A stretch of 58,326 bases of DNA. Source: a virus. Taxonomy: Duplodnaviria; Caudoviricetes. Under the pieces are notes generated by a model. It was not told the DNA's origin and ran no database searches. It saw nothing but the letters and a program-made list of their open reading frames with translations. The DNA is taken from the IMG/VR virus record IMGVR_UViG_3300031509_000052, positions 1-58,326 of that record; one strand, 5' to 3'. Positions 29,326 through 39,123 of the stretch are shown here, in pieces. Both the position numbers and the translations under genes were made by a program. Positions within the stretch are counted from its first letter, which is position 1, and each line of letters begins with the position of its first letter.

Positions 29326-29922
29326 CTAGCTGCCGGTGTCCAGCTTGATCGGCTTGAGCCCGGCTTCTTTGCGGATGTCGTTGTCGATGCCGTAGATCTC
29401 GGTGATCTCGTACTGGCGGCGCTGCGAGCCGTCGCGGTTTGCGACCGTCTTCTGCTGGCGGCGGAAGTGGAGGCCGATGAGGTCGGAGATGGACTTGATG
29501 TGGAGGACGGCGGCGTTCTGCGGGTTGCCGCTGATGCCGAAGTTCTCCAGCGACTGGAGGAAGGTGCCGTAGTCGCTCTGCTTGGAGGGGGCCATGCGGC
29601 GCTTCTGGCCGTTGCTGACGATGACCTTCGGGAGGTTCATGTACCACGTGACGGTGTCGGTCTCCAACCCAAGGTCAGCGGCGTTGTCGACCTGCATGTC
29701 GACGGCGAGGCGGTCCGGCGTGACGTACTCGCGGCCGGATTCGTCCGTGCGGAGCTCGCCGCCCGGCAGGACTTCCATGCCAATGATCTTGGCGGTGATG
29801 TCCGAGAGCATCCCCTCGGAGAGCTCGTCGACGCTGAGAGCAAGCGTCGAGAGGTCGTCGAGGTCCTCGGTCTTGAGCCCGATGACGGGCTTGCGGCGGG
29901 TGATGTCGGTAGCTTCAGGCAT
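29326..29922 (-). CDS. Hypothetical replication protein (possible ssDNA-binding)
   Basis: Own promoter, aaggag SD, strongly biased codons, next to recombinase-like ATPase. Confidence 0.55.
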   Translation of the reverse strand: MPEATDITRRKPVIGLKTEDLDDLSTLALSVDELSEGMLSDITAKIIGMEVLPGGELRTDESGREYVTPDRLAVDMQVDNAADLGLETDTVTWYMNLPKVIVSNGQKRRMAPSKQSDYGTFLQSLENFGISGNPQNAAVLHIKSISDLIGLHFRRQQKTVANRDGSQRRQYEITEIYGIDNDIRKEAGLKPIKLDTGS

Positions 29923-29954
29923 GCAGTACTCCTTTCGTTGTTGAAGCTGTCTGT

Positions 29955-29983
29955 ACGGTACGCGTCGTTGGCTTTGTTGTCAA
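29955..29983 (-). promoter_or_regulatory. Sigma70-type promoter
   Basis: TTGACA-17 nt-TACCGT on - strand. Confidence 0.7.
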
Positions 29984-29990
29984 TACCCTT

Positions 29991-31706
29991 CTATAGCTCT
30001 ACCCCCGTTCTGAACGCAACTTTCTGCATCGCTGCCCGGGCTTTCGGCAGGCGCGCCCACCCGTCGTAGACCAGTGAGCGGCGGAACCACTCCGGGAAGT
30101 CCGCGCGGTACGCGGCGTAGAACCACTTGAACTGGGCGTCTACGATAACCGTGGTCGCGTCGTACTTCGCAGAGCGCTTGGCGCGGCCCGCCGCCTGTAC
30201 CAGCTCGCAGATCGTATGGTAGGAGTAGAAGGTCTTGTCAACCTCCATCCGCTTTTTGATCACGGGGCTGGTCGTCGGCGGGAAGGGCAGCTTGGCGATG
30301 ATCTGCCAGCCGAAAACCCCGGGAAGGTCCACGCCTGTGGAGATCGACTGGCCGATGAGGATTTTCGGCTCCCGCGTGGAGATGAACTCCTCCAGGGCGG
30401 CCTCCTTGGAGGTGTACTTCTGGACCCGGCTGCCGGCCCCGTCGTAGGCGATGAACCGATCGCGGTGGCGGCTGCACATGATGAACAGGTCCCTGAGCGC
30501 GACCGAGGGGACGTGGATCATCCCCTTCTGCGGGCCGAACTCATCGATAATCTCGTCGACCATGGCGAAGTAGAAGTTCTGGAGCTGCGGCAGCATCTTG
30601 TGCTTGAGTGGCACGATGGGGGCGTAGAGGACCGGAGAGCGGCGGCGGTCGAAGACGGGCGGCGCAACGATCACGTCCACGTCTTCCGGGTCCAGCCCGA
30701 GGTTCTTTATGAGCAGCCGCGGCGCGAGGTAGGCGGACATGATGATGACCTTCTCCTTCGCGTCCTCCACGATGTCCCGGAAGGCGTACTTGCCGAAGAT
30801 CGGCGAGAGCGCCCAGTGATCCGAGGAGAACTCCGGCTGCTCCACGACCCACTCGGAAGGCGCGGACTGGTAGTTCGCAAGGCGGCGGCGGACTTCGGTG
30901 ATCCGCCGTGCGCGGGCCATGTCGGTCAGGAACGGGCGGATCTCCTCCGGCTCCACGATGTCGACGCCCTCGCCGGTGATAATTCCGTCCCGGTACTGGA
31001 GCCCCGCGGCCGCAAGCCGGTCCCTGAGGTCGGCCTCCCATTCCGCCGCGCGGCTGGTGAACAGGTTGATAAACGAATCCACCGAAGTCTTGAGGAGCGC
31101 CGGGTTGACCCGCAGAGCGCGGAGGTCGGAGTTATCAAACTCGATCCGGCCTGCGTCCATGAGGATGCTGTCCAGCTCGTGGCCTTCGTCGCAGATGATC
31201 CAGTCCCGGTTGCGGAAGGAGCTCTGCGCGCCGCTCCTCTCACGCAACCAGAAGGCATAGTTCTGGACGGAAACTTGGGCGCGGGCTGCGGCGGCCTTTT
31301 TCTTGAAGTAGCCGCAGCCGGGCTCGGTGATCGGCACGCCGTTTACCCACTTCCCCCGGAGGTGGCAGCGGTACCCAGCCACGCACGGCGCGCGGTCGGC
31401 GGTCAGCTCGGGCATGATGTCGCAGCGGTCGTGGCTGCGGCCTTTCATGAGCACGAGGCCCCGGAGGTCCCTGAGGTACTGCTCCTGAAGCTGGATGGTC
31501 TGGATCAGCACGAGCGCGGTTTTACCAAGGGCGCGGGCCGCCCCGGTGGGGATGAGCGATTTACCCGTCCCGCACTCGGCCTCAAGCATCACGATCTTCT
31601 TCTCAGAGGCGGCTATCCGCTCTGCAAGTTCGCGCTGGCCCTCGCGCCACTCCCAGCCCTCGGGTGCGAGGTCAAGCTTCGAGAGTTCCGGGATCTTCGC
31701 TGACAA
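29991..31706 (-). CDS. DinG/XPD-like SF2 helicase
   Basis: REGQ Q-motif, AECGTGKS, LQEQY, Cys cluster, ICDEGH, GVDLPG, KLPFP, QAAGRAKR. Confidence 0.85.
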   Translation of the reverse strand: MSAKIPELSKLDLAPEGWEWREGQRELAERIAASEKKIVMLEAECGTGKSLIPTGAARALGKTALVLIQTIQLQEQYLRDLRGLVLMKGRSHDRCDIMPELTADRAPCVAGYRCHLRGKWVNGVPITEPGCGYFKKKAAAARAQVSVQNYAFWLRERSGAQSSFRNRDWIICDEGHELDSILMDAGRIEFDNSDLRALRVNPALLKTSVDSFINLFTSRAAEWEADLRDRLAAAGLQYRDGIITGEGVDIVEPEEIRPFLTDMARARRITEVRRRLANYQSAPSEWVVEQPEFSSDHWALSPIFGKYAFRDIVEDAKEKVIIMSAYLAPRLLIKNLGLDPEDVDVIVAPPVFDRRRSPVLYAPIVPLKHKMLPQLQNFYFAMVDEIIDEFGPQKGMIHVPSVALRDLFIMCSRHRDRFIAYDGAGSRVQKYTSKEAALEEFISTREPKILIGQSISTGVDLPGVFGWQIIAKLPFPPTTSPVIKKRMEVDKTFYSYHTICELVQAAGRAKRSAKYDATTVIVDAQFKWFYAAYRADFPEWFRRSLVYDGWARLPKARAAMQKVAFRTGVEL

Positions 31707-32355
31707 CAGGGTCCTCCGGGATGCTCAGCACAAGGCTCTGCAGTTCTTCGTCCACAATGTAGCCCTTGCTGCAAAGTACGCTAATGGTAGCGGCCGCGCC
31801 CGGCGCGCGCAAGAGGGCTGTCGTCAAAACGTTCTCCCAGTACGGCGATTTGGAGCGCAAAGAGCGCGCCGCATCCATCCACTGGATGACCATGGCCGCG
31901 GCTTCCGGCTCTTCGCCGTTCTGGACCATGTGGGTGATCGCCTCCGCGACCTTCGCCGCTTTGGTAAATGCGTCCTGCCTGACCGCGGCCTGGGCGGTGA
32001 GGCGGCCGCCGACCTGCTCAAGGATGTACTGGACCTCAAGGAGCGGGGTGGCGTCGATCTCACCGGAGTCGAGCTGCTCCTGCAGCTTGCGGAGGTGCTT
32101 GAACCCGAACCCTATGCACCACCGCACAAGATCGGAGTTCCGCGCCCAGATCTTCTTCGGCATGCGGCTGCCGATCTTGTCGCGGAACTCCTCGAACTGG
32201 CCCGCCCACGAAATGGGGATCCGCGTGGAGACGATGATGGTCTCCTCTCCCGGGTAGGTGGTCGGCGGGTAGTCGATCAGCTCGTCCAGCATGCTGGCCG
32301 AGGTTGGTAAATCGTCCAGCCATGACGTATCCGTTGTAGTAACGTCGGTTTCCAT
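31672..32355 (-). CDS. Hypothetical protein (possible ribbon-helix-helix regulator)
   Basis: IVSTRIPISW..RNSDLVRWCI; first gene of the replication operon. Confidence 0.5.
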   Translation of the reverse strand: METDVTTTDTSWLDDLPTSASMLDELIDYPPTTYPGEETIIVSTRIPISWAGQFEEFRDKIGSRMPKKIWARNSDLVRWCIGFGFKHLRKLQEQLDSGEIDATPLLEVQYILEQVGGRLTAQAAVRQDAFTKAAKVAEAITHMVQNGEEPEAAAMVIQWMDAARSLRSKSPYWENVLTTALLRAPGAAATISVLCSKGYIVDEELQSLVLSIPEDPVVSEDPGTLEA

Positions 32356-32392
32356 ACGCACACCGCCGTGAATTCGGGACTCCGGGCCTCCG

Positions 32393-32421
32393 AGGCTAAA
32401 CGCCCGTGCTACCATTGTCAA
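32393..32421. promoter_or_regulatory. Overlapping divergent promoters
   Basis: - strand TTGACA(32421-16)-17-TAGCCT; + strand TGc-TACCAT (32410-15) 5 nt before ATG 32421. Confidence 0.65.
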
Positions 32422-33155
32422 TGATGCCGCTCCCTTCGTCCGAGACCCTGAAAATCCCCGAAGAGTTCGACCCCGACCAGCACTGCGGTGCCGCTGTGGG
32501 GGACACGGTCTGCATGCGCCCCGCCGGCTGGGGCGTGCGCGGCCTTGCGGCGAATGAGCGCCCCCAGTACCGCTGCGTCATCCACGCCGGCATCCCGGCC
32601 ACGCTGTCCATCCCGAAGAACGCGGACGTCGCGCCGCGCATTACAAGGCTGGAGGAACGCATTGAGCAGATCCGCAACTCTGCCGAGCTCCTTACCCTTG
32701 AGGACCAGATCGCCGCGCTCCGCGCCATCTGGGAACAGGAGCTCAGCGCAGTGGCGATCCAGTCCGACCTTTTCAATGAATACCTCGTGCAGCTACGTGC
32801 GGCCGCGGAACAGGGCATTGAGATGCCGCCGCCGCCGGAGGCCCCCCAGGTCAACACGCGGATCCTTGAGACGCTCGCCAAGCTCGTCAAGACCGAGTAC
32901 GAGATGCGGTACTCGAAGCGCTTCTCTGTGCCGATCGAGGAGGTCGGGCAGCTCCTCCTGAAGCTGGTGAAGGAGTTCAACAAGATCGCGGACAAATACC
33001 AGCTCCCGCCGGAAGTCAAAGAGGAGTACGCTAGGGCTGTGCTGGAGCTAAGGACACGACCCGCGGAGGACCCGGCGCTCATGCGTGTCATGCGCGGTCC
33101 GTACAGCGCGCGGCAGATCATCGAAGGTGAGGTTGTGGGTAGCGATGACTATTAG
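32421..33155 (+). CDS. HGGxSTG-like Zn-knuckle protein, candidate terminase small subunit
   Basis: CGA...CMRPAGWG...RCVIHAG, then LEDQIAALRA coiled coil. Confidence 0.45.
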   Translation: MMPLPSSETLKIPEEFDPDQHCGAAVGDTVCMRPAGWGVRGLAANERPQYRCVIHAGIPATLSIPKNADVAPRITRLEERIEQIRNSAELLTLEDQIAALRAIWEQELSAVAIQSDLFNEYLVQLRAAAEQGIEMPPPPEAPQVNTRILETLAKLVKTEYEMRYSKRFSVPIEEVGQLLLKLVKEFNKIADKYQLPPEVKEEYARAVLELRTRPAEDPALMRVMRGPYSARQIIEGEVVGSDDY

Positions 33156-33999
33156 CTACGAGCGATCGATTTGGGACGCGGTGAAAGAGCATACGTGGAA
33201 GTGGCGTCGGAGGAACTACGTCATCACCGGGATCATCTGGCACGCTACCCGCGGGAACCGGAACTATTCTGAGGGGACGGAGATGTCGGCCGCCCTGAAC
33301 TGGTTCCGGTCTCCGAACAATCGCATTCGGTACGCCGGCGGCGACTACGCGGGCATCTCGAACTATGTGATCGGAAACGGCGAGTGCGTGGAGGTCGTGC
33401 CGGGAGACCAGTACCTCGCGGCGTGGAGTTCGTGGCCGAGCGATGAGCACGCGCTGAGCGTGGAGGTCACGCAGTCCAACTACGGTCAGGAGATCTCCAC
33501 GCGCACCATCCTCCGCTGCGTGCGGTTCGCCGTCGAGGCCGCGCAGACGTACAAGTTCCCCCTCACGCGGGTGTTCCCGTCGAATGACTGGACATGGACC
33601 GGCATGACGGGGCATGCTGACACCGTTCAGGGGAAGCTCCAGGGTAAGTCCGACCCCGATGACAAATTCTGGGTGCCGTTTCTGAAGGCGCTGGAAGACG
33701 AAGTGAGGGATGAGGAGATGCTGGAAGAGATCAGAGCGAAACTGAACTGGCTCGAGGCGCGGCTGGGGCGCATCGAGCGGATCCTGCTGACGAACGGCGG
33801 GATCACGGTCAAGGCCACCCCGGACAACGTCATGATCCTGCAGCGGGCTGGTGTTCCGGGCCCGCAGGTCGGCCGCGATTACACCCTGACCGGCGAGACG
33901 CTGCTGGCGTTCCTCGACATGATGGAGATGAACCTGTACCTCGGCCACCAGCATCTCCAGAAGGACGTCGTTGATATCAAGAAGAAGCTTGGGCTATGA
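33145..33999 (+). CDS. Endolysin, N-acetylmuramoyl-L-alanine amidase (Amidase_2-like)
   Basis: IIWHAT, LSVEV, GH..GKSDP zinc-amidase motifs. Confidence 0.75.
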   Translation: MTISYERSIWDAVKEHTWKWRRRNYVITGIIWHATRGNRNYSEGTEMSAALNWFRSPNNRIRYAGGDYAGISNYVIGNGECVEVVPGDQYLAAWSSWPSDEHALSVEVTQSNYGQEISTRTILRCVRFAVEAAQTYKFPLTRVFPSNDWTWTGMTGHADTVQGKLQGKSDPDDKFWVPFLKALEDEVRDEEMLEEIRAKLNWLEARLGRIERILLTNGGITVKATPDNVMILQRAGVPGPQVGRDYTLTGETLLAFLDMMEMNLYLGHQHLQKDVVDIKKKLGL

Positions 34000-34003
34000 G
34001 GAG

Positions 34004-34240
34004 ATGGCGGGCAAAGGCGGCGACCCGGTCATGCGCATCCCCGGCGTCTCGTCGATCAGCGAGATCTTCTCGCCTGTGCCCGCCGGCGCGGCTGAGGTTG
34101 TTGCGGTCGACCCGCCCTATGTGCTAGTCTTCGTGCCTGCGTCGGAACGGTGGTTCCTGTTCATCACCGACCGCGACTACCAGCCGGGGGACACGCTCAC
34201 CAGTGCGCATCTGGAAGACAACCAATCAACGGGCAGCTGA
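34004..34240 (+). CDS. Hypothetical protein
   Basis: ORF in operon. Confidence 0.45.
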   Translation: MAGKGGDPVMRIPGVSSISEIFSPVPAGAAEVVAVDPPYVLVFVPASERWFLFITDRDYQPGDTLTSAHLEDNQSTGS

Positions 34241-34778
34241 GGAGCGGCTCGGGTTCAAAGCGGGCGGGCTGTGGTATGTGGTGTCCAATGAGGACCCGGG
34301 GAGAGGCTTCGAGTACTTCTGCGATGGCGTCCTCTACGGCCTTGGGATCCTGTACTACGACACCGGCAGCCCGGTGATCCTTACTGCGCCTGCAGTGCAC
34401 AGTCTTCTGAAGCCTGTGCTTTCCCAGACGATGGACTACTGGCGGATGATCTGTGTCCAGCCGTCGAGCCTGTCGCCGAGCGGCTCTCCGCTACTGGTGT
34501 ACATCATGGCCTCGTGGCCGAACGAGATCGCCGCCGACCTGCAGGACGAGCTGACGAACGGGGTGATCGACGCGGTCCATAAATACCTCTACGACACAGT
34601 CACGAGCGACCAGATCGTGCAGGCCCGCCTTATTGCAGGGAACTACACCATCGACAATACCGAGAACATCGATCTCCTCGAGACGGCGTTCGGGCTGTGC
34701 GGCCTTACCAACCCGCTGGAGTTCAGGCTCTCGTTCCGCTTTGAGGAAATCGCAGTCCCGGTGTATGCGCTCGAATGA
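34203..34778 (+). CDS. Hypothetical protein
   Basis: ORF with ATGA overlap to thyX. Confidence 0.55.
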   Translation: MRIWKTTNQRAAEERLGFKAGGLWYVVSNEDPGRGFEYFCDGVLYGLGILYYDTGSPVILTAPAVHSLLKPVLSQTMDYWRMICVQPSSLSPSGSPLLVYIMASWPNEIAADLQDELTNGVIDAVHKYLYDTVTSDQIVQARLIAGNYTIDNTENIDLLETAFGLCGLTNPLEFRLSFRFEEIAVPVYALE

Positions 34779-35530
34779 ACGTCACGCTCCTCTCGTGGTC
34801 CCCTGACCCGATCAAATCCCTCTACCTTGCCTATCGGACCTGCTACAGCCGCAAGCCGCCGGAGGAGATCCCGACGGAGAACCGGGAGAAGATGCTGGAG
34901 TTCGTACAGGAGCGGCTGAAGACCGGGCACACCTCGCCGCTCGAACAGGTGTGGTTCGAGTTCGCCATCTCGGGCGTGAGCCGGGCGTTCTCGCACCAGT
35001 TCGTCCGCCACCGCGTCGGGATGAGCGTCGAGCAGCAATCGCAGCGGTATGTGGTGTACAGGGGCGGTGTTTTCGACTACGTGATGCCGGGGAGCATCAA
35101 GGCGAACCCCAAGCTGCAGGCCGCAGTTGAGGACCACTTTGCGCAGACCGCGGCGTTGTACGATGAGCTCGTGCGGGCCGGCGTCCCCGCCGAGGACGCC
35201 CGGTTTGTCCTGCCGAATGCTACCGCCACCAACCTCAAGGTGACTATCAACCTGCAGGCCCTGCTCCACATGGCTGACCTGCGGCTCTGCACGCGGGCGC
35301 AGTGGGAGTTCCGCAAAGTCGTGGCGCTTATGCGCGCGGAGATCATGAAGAAGGTGGACCCGCTCTTCGGTAAGATGCTCCAGCCCAAGTGCGGGGCCGG
35401 GCGGCTCGGCTACTGCGATGAGGACTACGAGGCGTGGGAGGCGTGCCCGATCGGAAAGGTAAGGCCGCACAAGACCCACGTGCTCGGCGGTCTTGGAGGC
35501 GGCCTTATTCCCGAGGAAGACCTTAGTTAA
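34775..35530 (+). CDS. thyX: Flavin-dependent thymidylate synthase
   Basis: GHTSPLEQ, SRAFSHQFVRHR..SQRY, EDARFVLP, LRLCTRAQWE. Confidence 0.95.
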   Translation: MNVTLLSWSPDPIKSLYLAYRTCYSRKPPEEIPTENREKMLEFVQERLKTGHTSPLEQVWFEFAISGVSRAFSHQFVRHRVGMSVEQQSQRYVVYRGGVFDYVMPGSIKANPKLQAAVEDHFAQTAALYDELVRAGVPAEDARFVLPNATATNLKVTINLQALLHMADLRLCTRAQWEFRKVVALMRAEIMKKVDPLFGKMLQPKCGAGRLGYCDEDYEAWEACPIGKVRPHKTHVLGGLGGGLIPEEDLS

Positions 35531-36135
35531 GCGGAAGCTGGAGCGGCAGTGAGGACTTCCGGGTCGTCCTTGATCCGCGAGAGCGCATAGCGGATCGCGT
35601 CAGCCTCGCGGTCATAGAGCCCGATAAGCCGGACCGGCTTGTCGATATCTGTTGCGCGCATCACGAGGTGCTTGCGGCCCGCAGTGTCCTCGGCGATGAA
35701 GAGCTCCGTATAGCCGGCGTAGACGGGGACGATTTCCTTCGCGCTGTCCACCGCGTCCGGCAGCTTCTGCAGCTCTTCGATAACCCGCTCAAGGGTCTTG
35801 ATGCCCACGAGCGGCATGCCGGTGGTGCGGTCGTACTTCTGGACGATGCTGACGTTGAGGAGTTTGGAGGCGGCCCGCGGCGTGAGGCCTTTCTGCTGGA
35901 GCAGGGCGTTCAGCTGGGCGAACAGATACCGCAGGTAGCGGACGCGGGCGTTTTCTCCGCCGTACGTGGTAATAATTCGGCGGACTTTCTCGATGTCGTC
36001 TCCGATGAGCACCCGCATACGGCGGATCTCGTGGAGCTGCACACCTGCCAGCGCCGCGGCCGCGCGGACAGCCTCCTGCGTTACGCCGAAGTGCCGCGCG
36101 GCTTCTCTAAGGGTCATTGTTTCCTGTGCGGTCAT
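35527..36135 (-). CDS. HTH DNA-binding protein
   Basis: MTLREAARHFGVT and GLTPRAASKLLNVS helix-turn-helix patterns. Confidence 0.6.
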   Translation of the reverse strand: MTAQETMTLREAARHFGVTQEAVRAAAALAGVQLHEIRRMRVLIGDDIEKVRRIITTYGGENARVRYLRYLFAQLNALLQQKGLTPRAASKLLNVSIVQKYDRTTGMPLVGIKTLERVIEELQKLPDAVDSAKEIVPVYAGYTELFIAEDTAGRKHLVMRATDIDKPVRLIGLYDREADAIRYALSRIKDDPEVLTAAPASA

Positions 36136-36185
36136 GGGATCGTCTCCTGCGGGTGGTGTGGGTAGGAGGAATGACTACTGGGGAC

Positions 36186-36248
36186 AGAATAGCGGCTTAG
36201 GGCAGGGTTGTCCACCTTGTTGACATGCGTGCGGGTGTCTGGTATGTT
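36186..36248. promoter_or_regulatory. Back-to-back divergent sigma70 promoters
   Basis: + TTGACA(36220)-17-TATGTT with TG extension; - TGGACA(36214)-17-TATTCT. Confidence 0.7.
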
Positions 36249-36279
36249 GGCGGCCAACCGGGCAAGGGAGTACTACGAC

Positions 36280-36540
36280 ATGGTTGACGTCAACAAGCTG
36301 AGCCTGATGATCAAGGACTACGCCACGCACGCGCTCCTCGCGGGAGGCGCACTCGACTATGAAGCCGAGGAAGCCGCCATGGACATCGTGAACGACGCGC
36401 TCTACGAGATCGGACTGGAGACGGTGGTCCACGGCCTCGACGGGCAGACCGAGGAGGAGATCATGGAGAAGCTGAGCGCGTGGCTGGACGTACGGATCGA
36501 GGATGAGCTCGATGAAATCTTCGGGGAGTACGAGGAGTGA
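36280..36540 (+). CDS. Small highly acidic protein
   Basis: 86 aa, 24 D/E vs 4 K/R; gggag SD. Confidence 0.6.
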   Translation: MVDVNKLSLMIKDYATHALLAGGALDYEAEEAAMDIVNDALYEIGLETVVHGLDGQTEEEIMEKLSAWLDVRIEDELDEIFGEYEE

Positions 36541-36896
36541 TGCTCACGGAGAGAGAAACGGCGGTGCTTTCGGCGCTCAAAGACCTTGCGGAATTGGCCG
36601 CACAGCTTACCAGTGAAACCGAGGCGCCGGATAAACGGGAGACCACGCTGGTTCTTGATCGAGCCGCCAGGAAGCTGGCTGAGGCAGCGGGCGGAGGCCG
36701 CCTGCACTTTGTCGCCGGCCAGTACCAGTTCCGTACGAGGCCGATCATTGCCGCCGCCGCAGGGGCCGTGTCGCGCGGCCTCCGCGAGCTGGTCGCGGGG
36801 AACCCGCCTGATCAGGCAGCACACACGGCACTTTACATGCTTAGTGGGGTTGACCCGGACTGCGGGGTTATCACCATCAGGTGTAGCGACGACTGA
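36537..36896 (+). CDS. Hypothetical protein
   Basis: Coupled ORF with gagga SD. Confidence 0.5.
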   Translation: MMLTERETAVLSALKDLAELAAQLTSETEAPDKRETTLVLDRAARKLAEAAGGGRLHFVAGQYQFRTRPIIAAAAGAVSRGLRELVAGNPPDQAAHTALYMLSGVDPDCGVITIRCSDD

Positions 36897-38187
36897 CCTT
36901 CTTCCAGACCTCACCCAGCGAGCCGCCGGGGAACCACGAAAAGTCCCCGCGCGGCTCGTATGCGTTCTGGAGGTTCAGCCGCCAGCGGTGGGTCACGCCG
37001 TGCTCCTCGTGGATACCGAAGATCGTTTGGCCGGCGGGGACGGGTTTGAAGCCGGCGGAGAGGGTGTACTCGTCCGCGCCCTTGAGGCAGGGCGAGGCGA
37101 TGACCTCACCGCTTACCCTGTCTATGATCATCTCGTTGTGGAAGTGACCGAGGACGACGTGGTCTATGCCGAGGTCGCGGTCCTGCAGGACCTCGGTGAG
37201 CGAGCTTACAAAGCGGTTGATCCCGTACCACGGGATGGAGGCGAACCCGCGGATCTGGTGGCCGTGGAAGCCGAGAATGCGCTGGCCGCGGACTTCGGTG
37301 ATGAAGAAAAACGACCGCGGTATGGCGAAATCTACGCCATCGGATGAGTCGAAGAACGTGGAGACGATCTGCGGGACGACGATGTCCCAGTTGATGTGGG
37401 AGTCTTTGGCGGTCGGCTTGCGGGTCATGCGGCCGTGATTGCCCGGGGCCCAGGCGGTGCGGACTACGGCGAACCGCTGCCGCATGCGGGCGATGAACTG
37501 GACAAGCACATACGCCAGCCCGTAGACCGTCTCCATGAGATCGGTGGCCTGGGTGACGATCAGCTCGTCGTGGATCGCGCCGAGCATGCCGTTCACGAGA
37601 TCGCCGAGGCCCAAGATGACGAGTTCATCGAACTCGTAGCCGGTGAGGTGGTCGAACGCGATCTCCTCAATCTTGTCCGCGAGTAACTCCATACGGGCGA
37701 GGAAGACATCGATGTCGTACCGGTTGACCCCGTGCATCTGCTCGGCGTCGACGGTCTCGCCGACGTGGAGGTCGGAAAGGAGGAGCACGAGGCTTTCGCG
37801 GGTTCTTACCCGCTTCGGGACGCGCGAGGACTGCTTGATCTTCGGGACCGGCATCGACTGCCGATAGTCGCGCATGAGCTGTGCGATCGTCTGGTCCAGC
37901 GACTGCCGCTTTGTGAGTTCCTCGTATTTCCGCTTCCAGATCCGCACTTCACGCTTGAGGGCTTCAACTTCGAGGTCGCGGCTGACCTCAGCACTGATGT
38001 CTTGCGGCTCCTGAGGGGGTTTCTGGGCCCGCCGCCTGATGCCGCGCGTCCAGTACGCCGACTTCACCGTGGATGGGTTGAGGGTAAAGCCTTCTTCAGC
38101 GGCCTTGCGGACAACCGCTTCGATGCCTTCGTTGACGTACAGCTCACGCCATGCGTCCCAGCGATCCGGCGGTACGGCTTTTCCCAT
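36877..38187 (-). CDS. Calcineurin-like metallophosphoesterase with N-terminal coiled coil
   Basis: SDLHVGE, LGDLVNG, PGNHGR, FHGH, GHFH. Confidence 0.85.
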   Translation of the reverse strand: MGKAVPPDRWDAWRELYVNEGIEAVVRKAAEEGFTLNPSTVKSAYWTRGIRRRAQKPPQEPQDISAEVSRDLEVEALKREVRIWKRKYEELTKRQSLDQTIAQLMRDYRQSMPVPKIKQSSRVPKRVRTRESLVLLLSDLHVGETVDAEQMHGVNRYDIDVFLARMELLADKIEEIAFDHLTGYEFDELVILGLGDLVNGMLGAIHDELIVTQATDLMETVYGLAYVLVQFIARMRQRFAVVRTAWAPGNHGRMTRKPTAKDSHINWDIVVPQIVSTFFDSSDGVDFAIPRSFFFITEVRGQRILGFHGHQIRGFASIPWYGINRFVSSLTEVLQDRDLGIDHVVLGHFHNEMIIDRVSGEVIASPCLKGADEYTLSAGFKPVPAGQTIFGIHEEHGVTHRWRLNLQNAYEPRGDFSWFPGGSLGEVWKKVSRRYT

Positions 38188-38228
38188 ACTGCTTACAGGG
38201 TAAGCATAACTGCGAAAAATTCACAATC

Positions 38229-38257
38229 TTGCCCGGGCCGGCGTTGTATTGTATGTT
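38229..38257 (+). promoter_or_regulatory. Promoter for a leaderless mRNA
   Basis: TTGCCC-17-TATGTT; ATG 38264 is 6 nt downstream with no SD. Confidence 0.55.
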
Positions 38258-38263
38258 GGCAAC

Positions 38264-38680
38264 ATGAGCACGGGAAGCTGGAAGATCTCGTACGTGTTCT
38301 GGGCGTTCGGCGGCCCGGCGGACAACGTGGCTATCGGGTTCGTCATCTATGAACGGCGCGGTGGGCGGTATGCGTGGCGGCTCATAGACCCGCGGGAGAA
38401 GCTGCCCCACACCCACCCACAGCTTGCCGAGTGGGTACAGTGCATCGCGGAGAACAGGATCATGGCGGCCCTGCAGGAAGGCTGGGGTGATGAGGAGTTC
38501 CGCGAGCACAGCGGCCGGCGTCAGGGGGATGGGGACGTGTGGCTGTCGTGGAGCGAGACGTCCGTGGTGTTCGTCCCCGAGGGCCAGCCGCTGGAGGAGG
38601 TTGCCGACAGCATGGCCGCGGCGATGCTTTCAGCCAGGGATATCACGCGACTAACCAAAGGAGGTGAAGGGCAGGAGTGA
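38264..38680 (+). CDS. Hypothetical protein
   Basis: ORF after promoter. Confidence 0.55.
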   Translation: MSTGSWKISYVFWAFGGPADNVAIGFVIYERRGGRYAWRLIDPREKLPHTHPQLAEWVQCIAENRIMAALQEGWGDEEFREHSGRRQGDGDVWLSWSETSVVFVPEGQPLEEVADSMAAAMLSARDITRLTKGGEGQE

Positions 38681-39123
38681 AGACGTACGCGCCGAAGGGT
38701 ATCAGGCTCAGCTCGCAGCCGCCGCTCTTGAAGTACTGGGCGGGGCTGGCAGTCAACGGCGAGGAGATCCGCGGGGACGGCTACCAGCGGGCAGTGATCC
38801 TCTTCTACTCAGACAAGCAGCAAGACGCGCTGGTGAACTGGTTCCCGTGCACGTTCGGCATACCGGTCGACACCCGCGGGTGGGAAGGTATCAACTGCCT
38901 GAACATCTACGCGACGAAGGAGGCTGCCGAGCCCACCGGGTATCTCAGGATCCGCGGGCCGCGGCCGCGGAGTTTCCGCCCGTACACCATCCCCATGTTC
39001 GCGGTGAAGACGGGGCTGCCGATCCCGAGCGAGCGGTGGTGGGAGAAGAGAAAGAAACAAAAGGGAGGGGAGGAGCATGCTGCTGGAGAAAGCGGCGGGG
39101 CGGCTGAAACCGCAGAGATCTAG
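38677..39123 (+). CDS. Hypothetical protein
   Basis: GTGA-coupled ORF. Confidence 0.55.
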   Translation: MKTYAPKGIRLSSQPPLLKYWAGLAVNGEEIRGDGYQRAVILFYSDKQQDALVNWFPCTFGIPVDTRGWEGINCLNIYATKEAAEPTGYLRIRGPRPRSFRPYTIPMFAVKTGLPIPSERWWEKRKKQKGGEEHAAGESGGAAETAEI

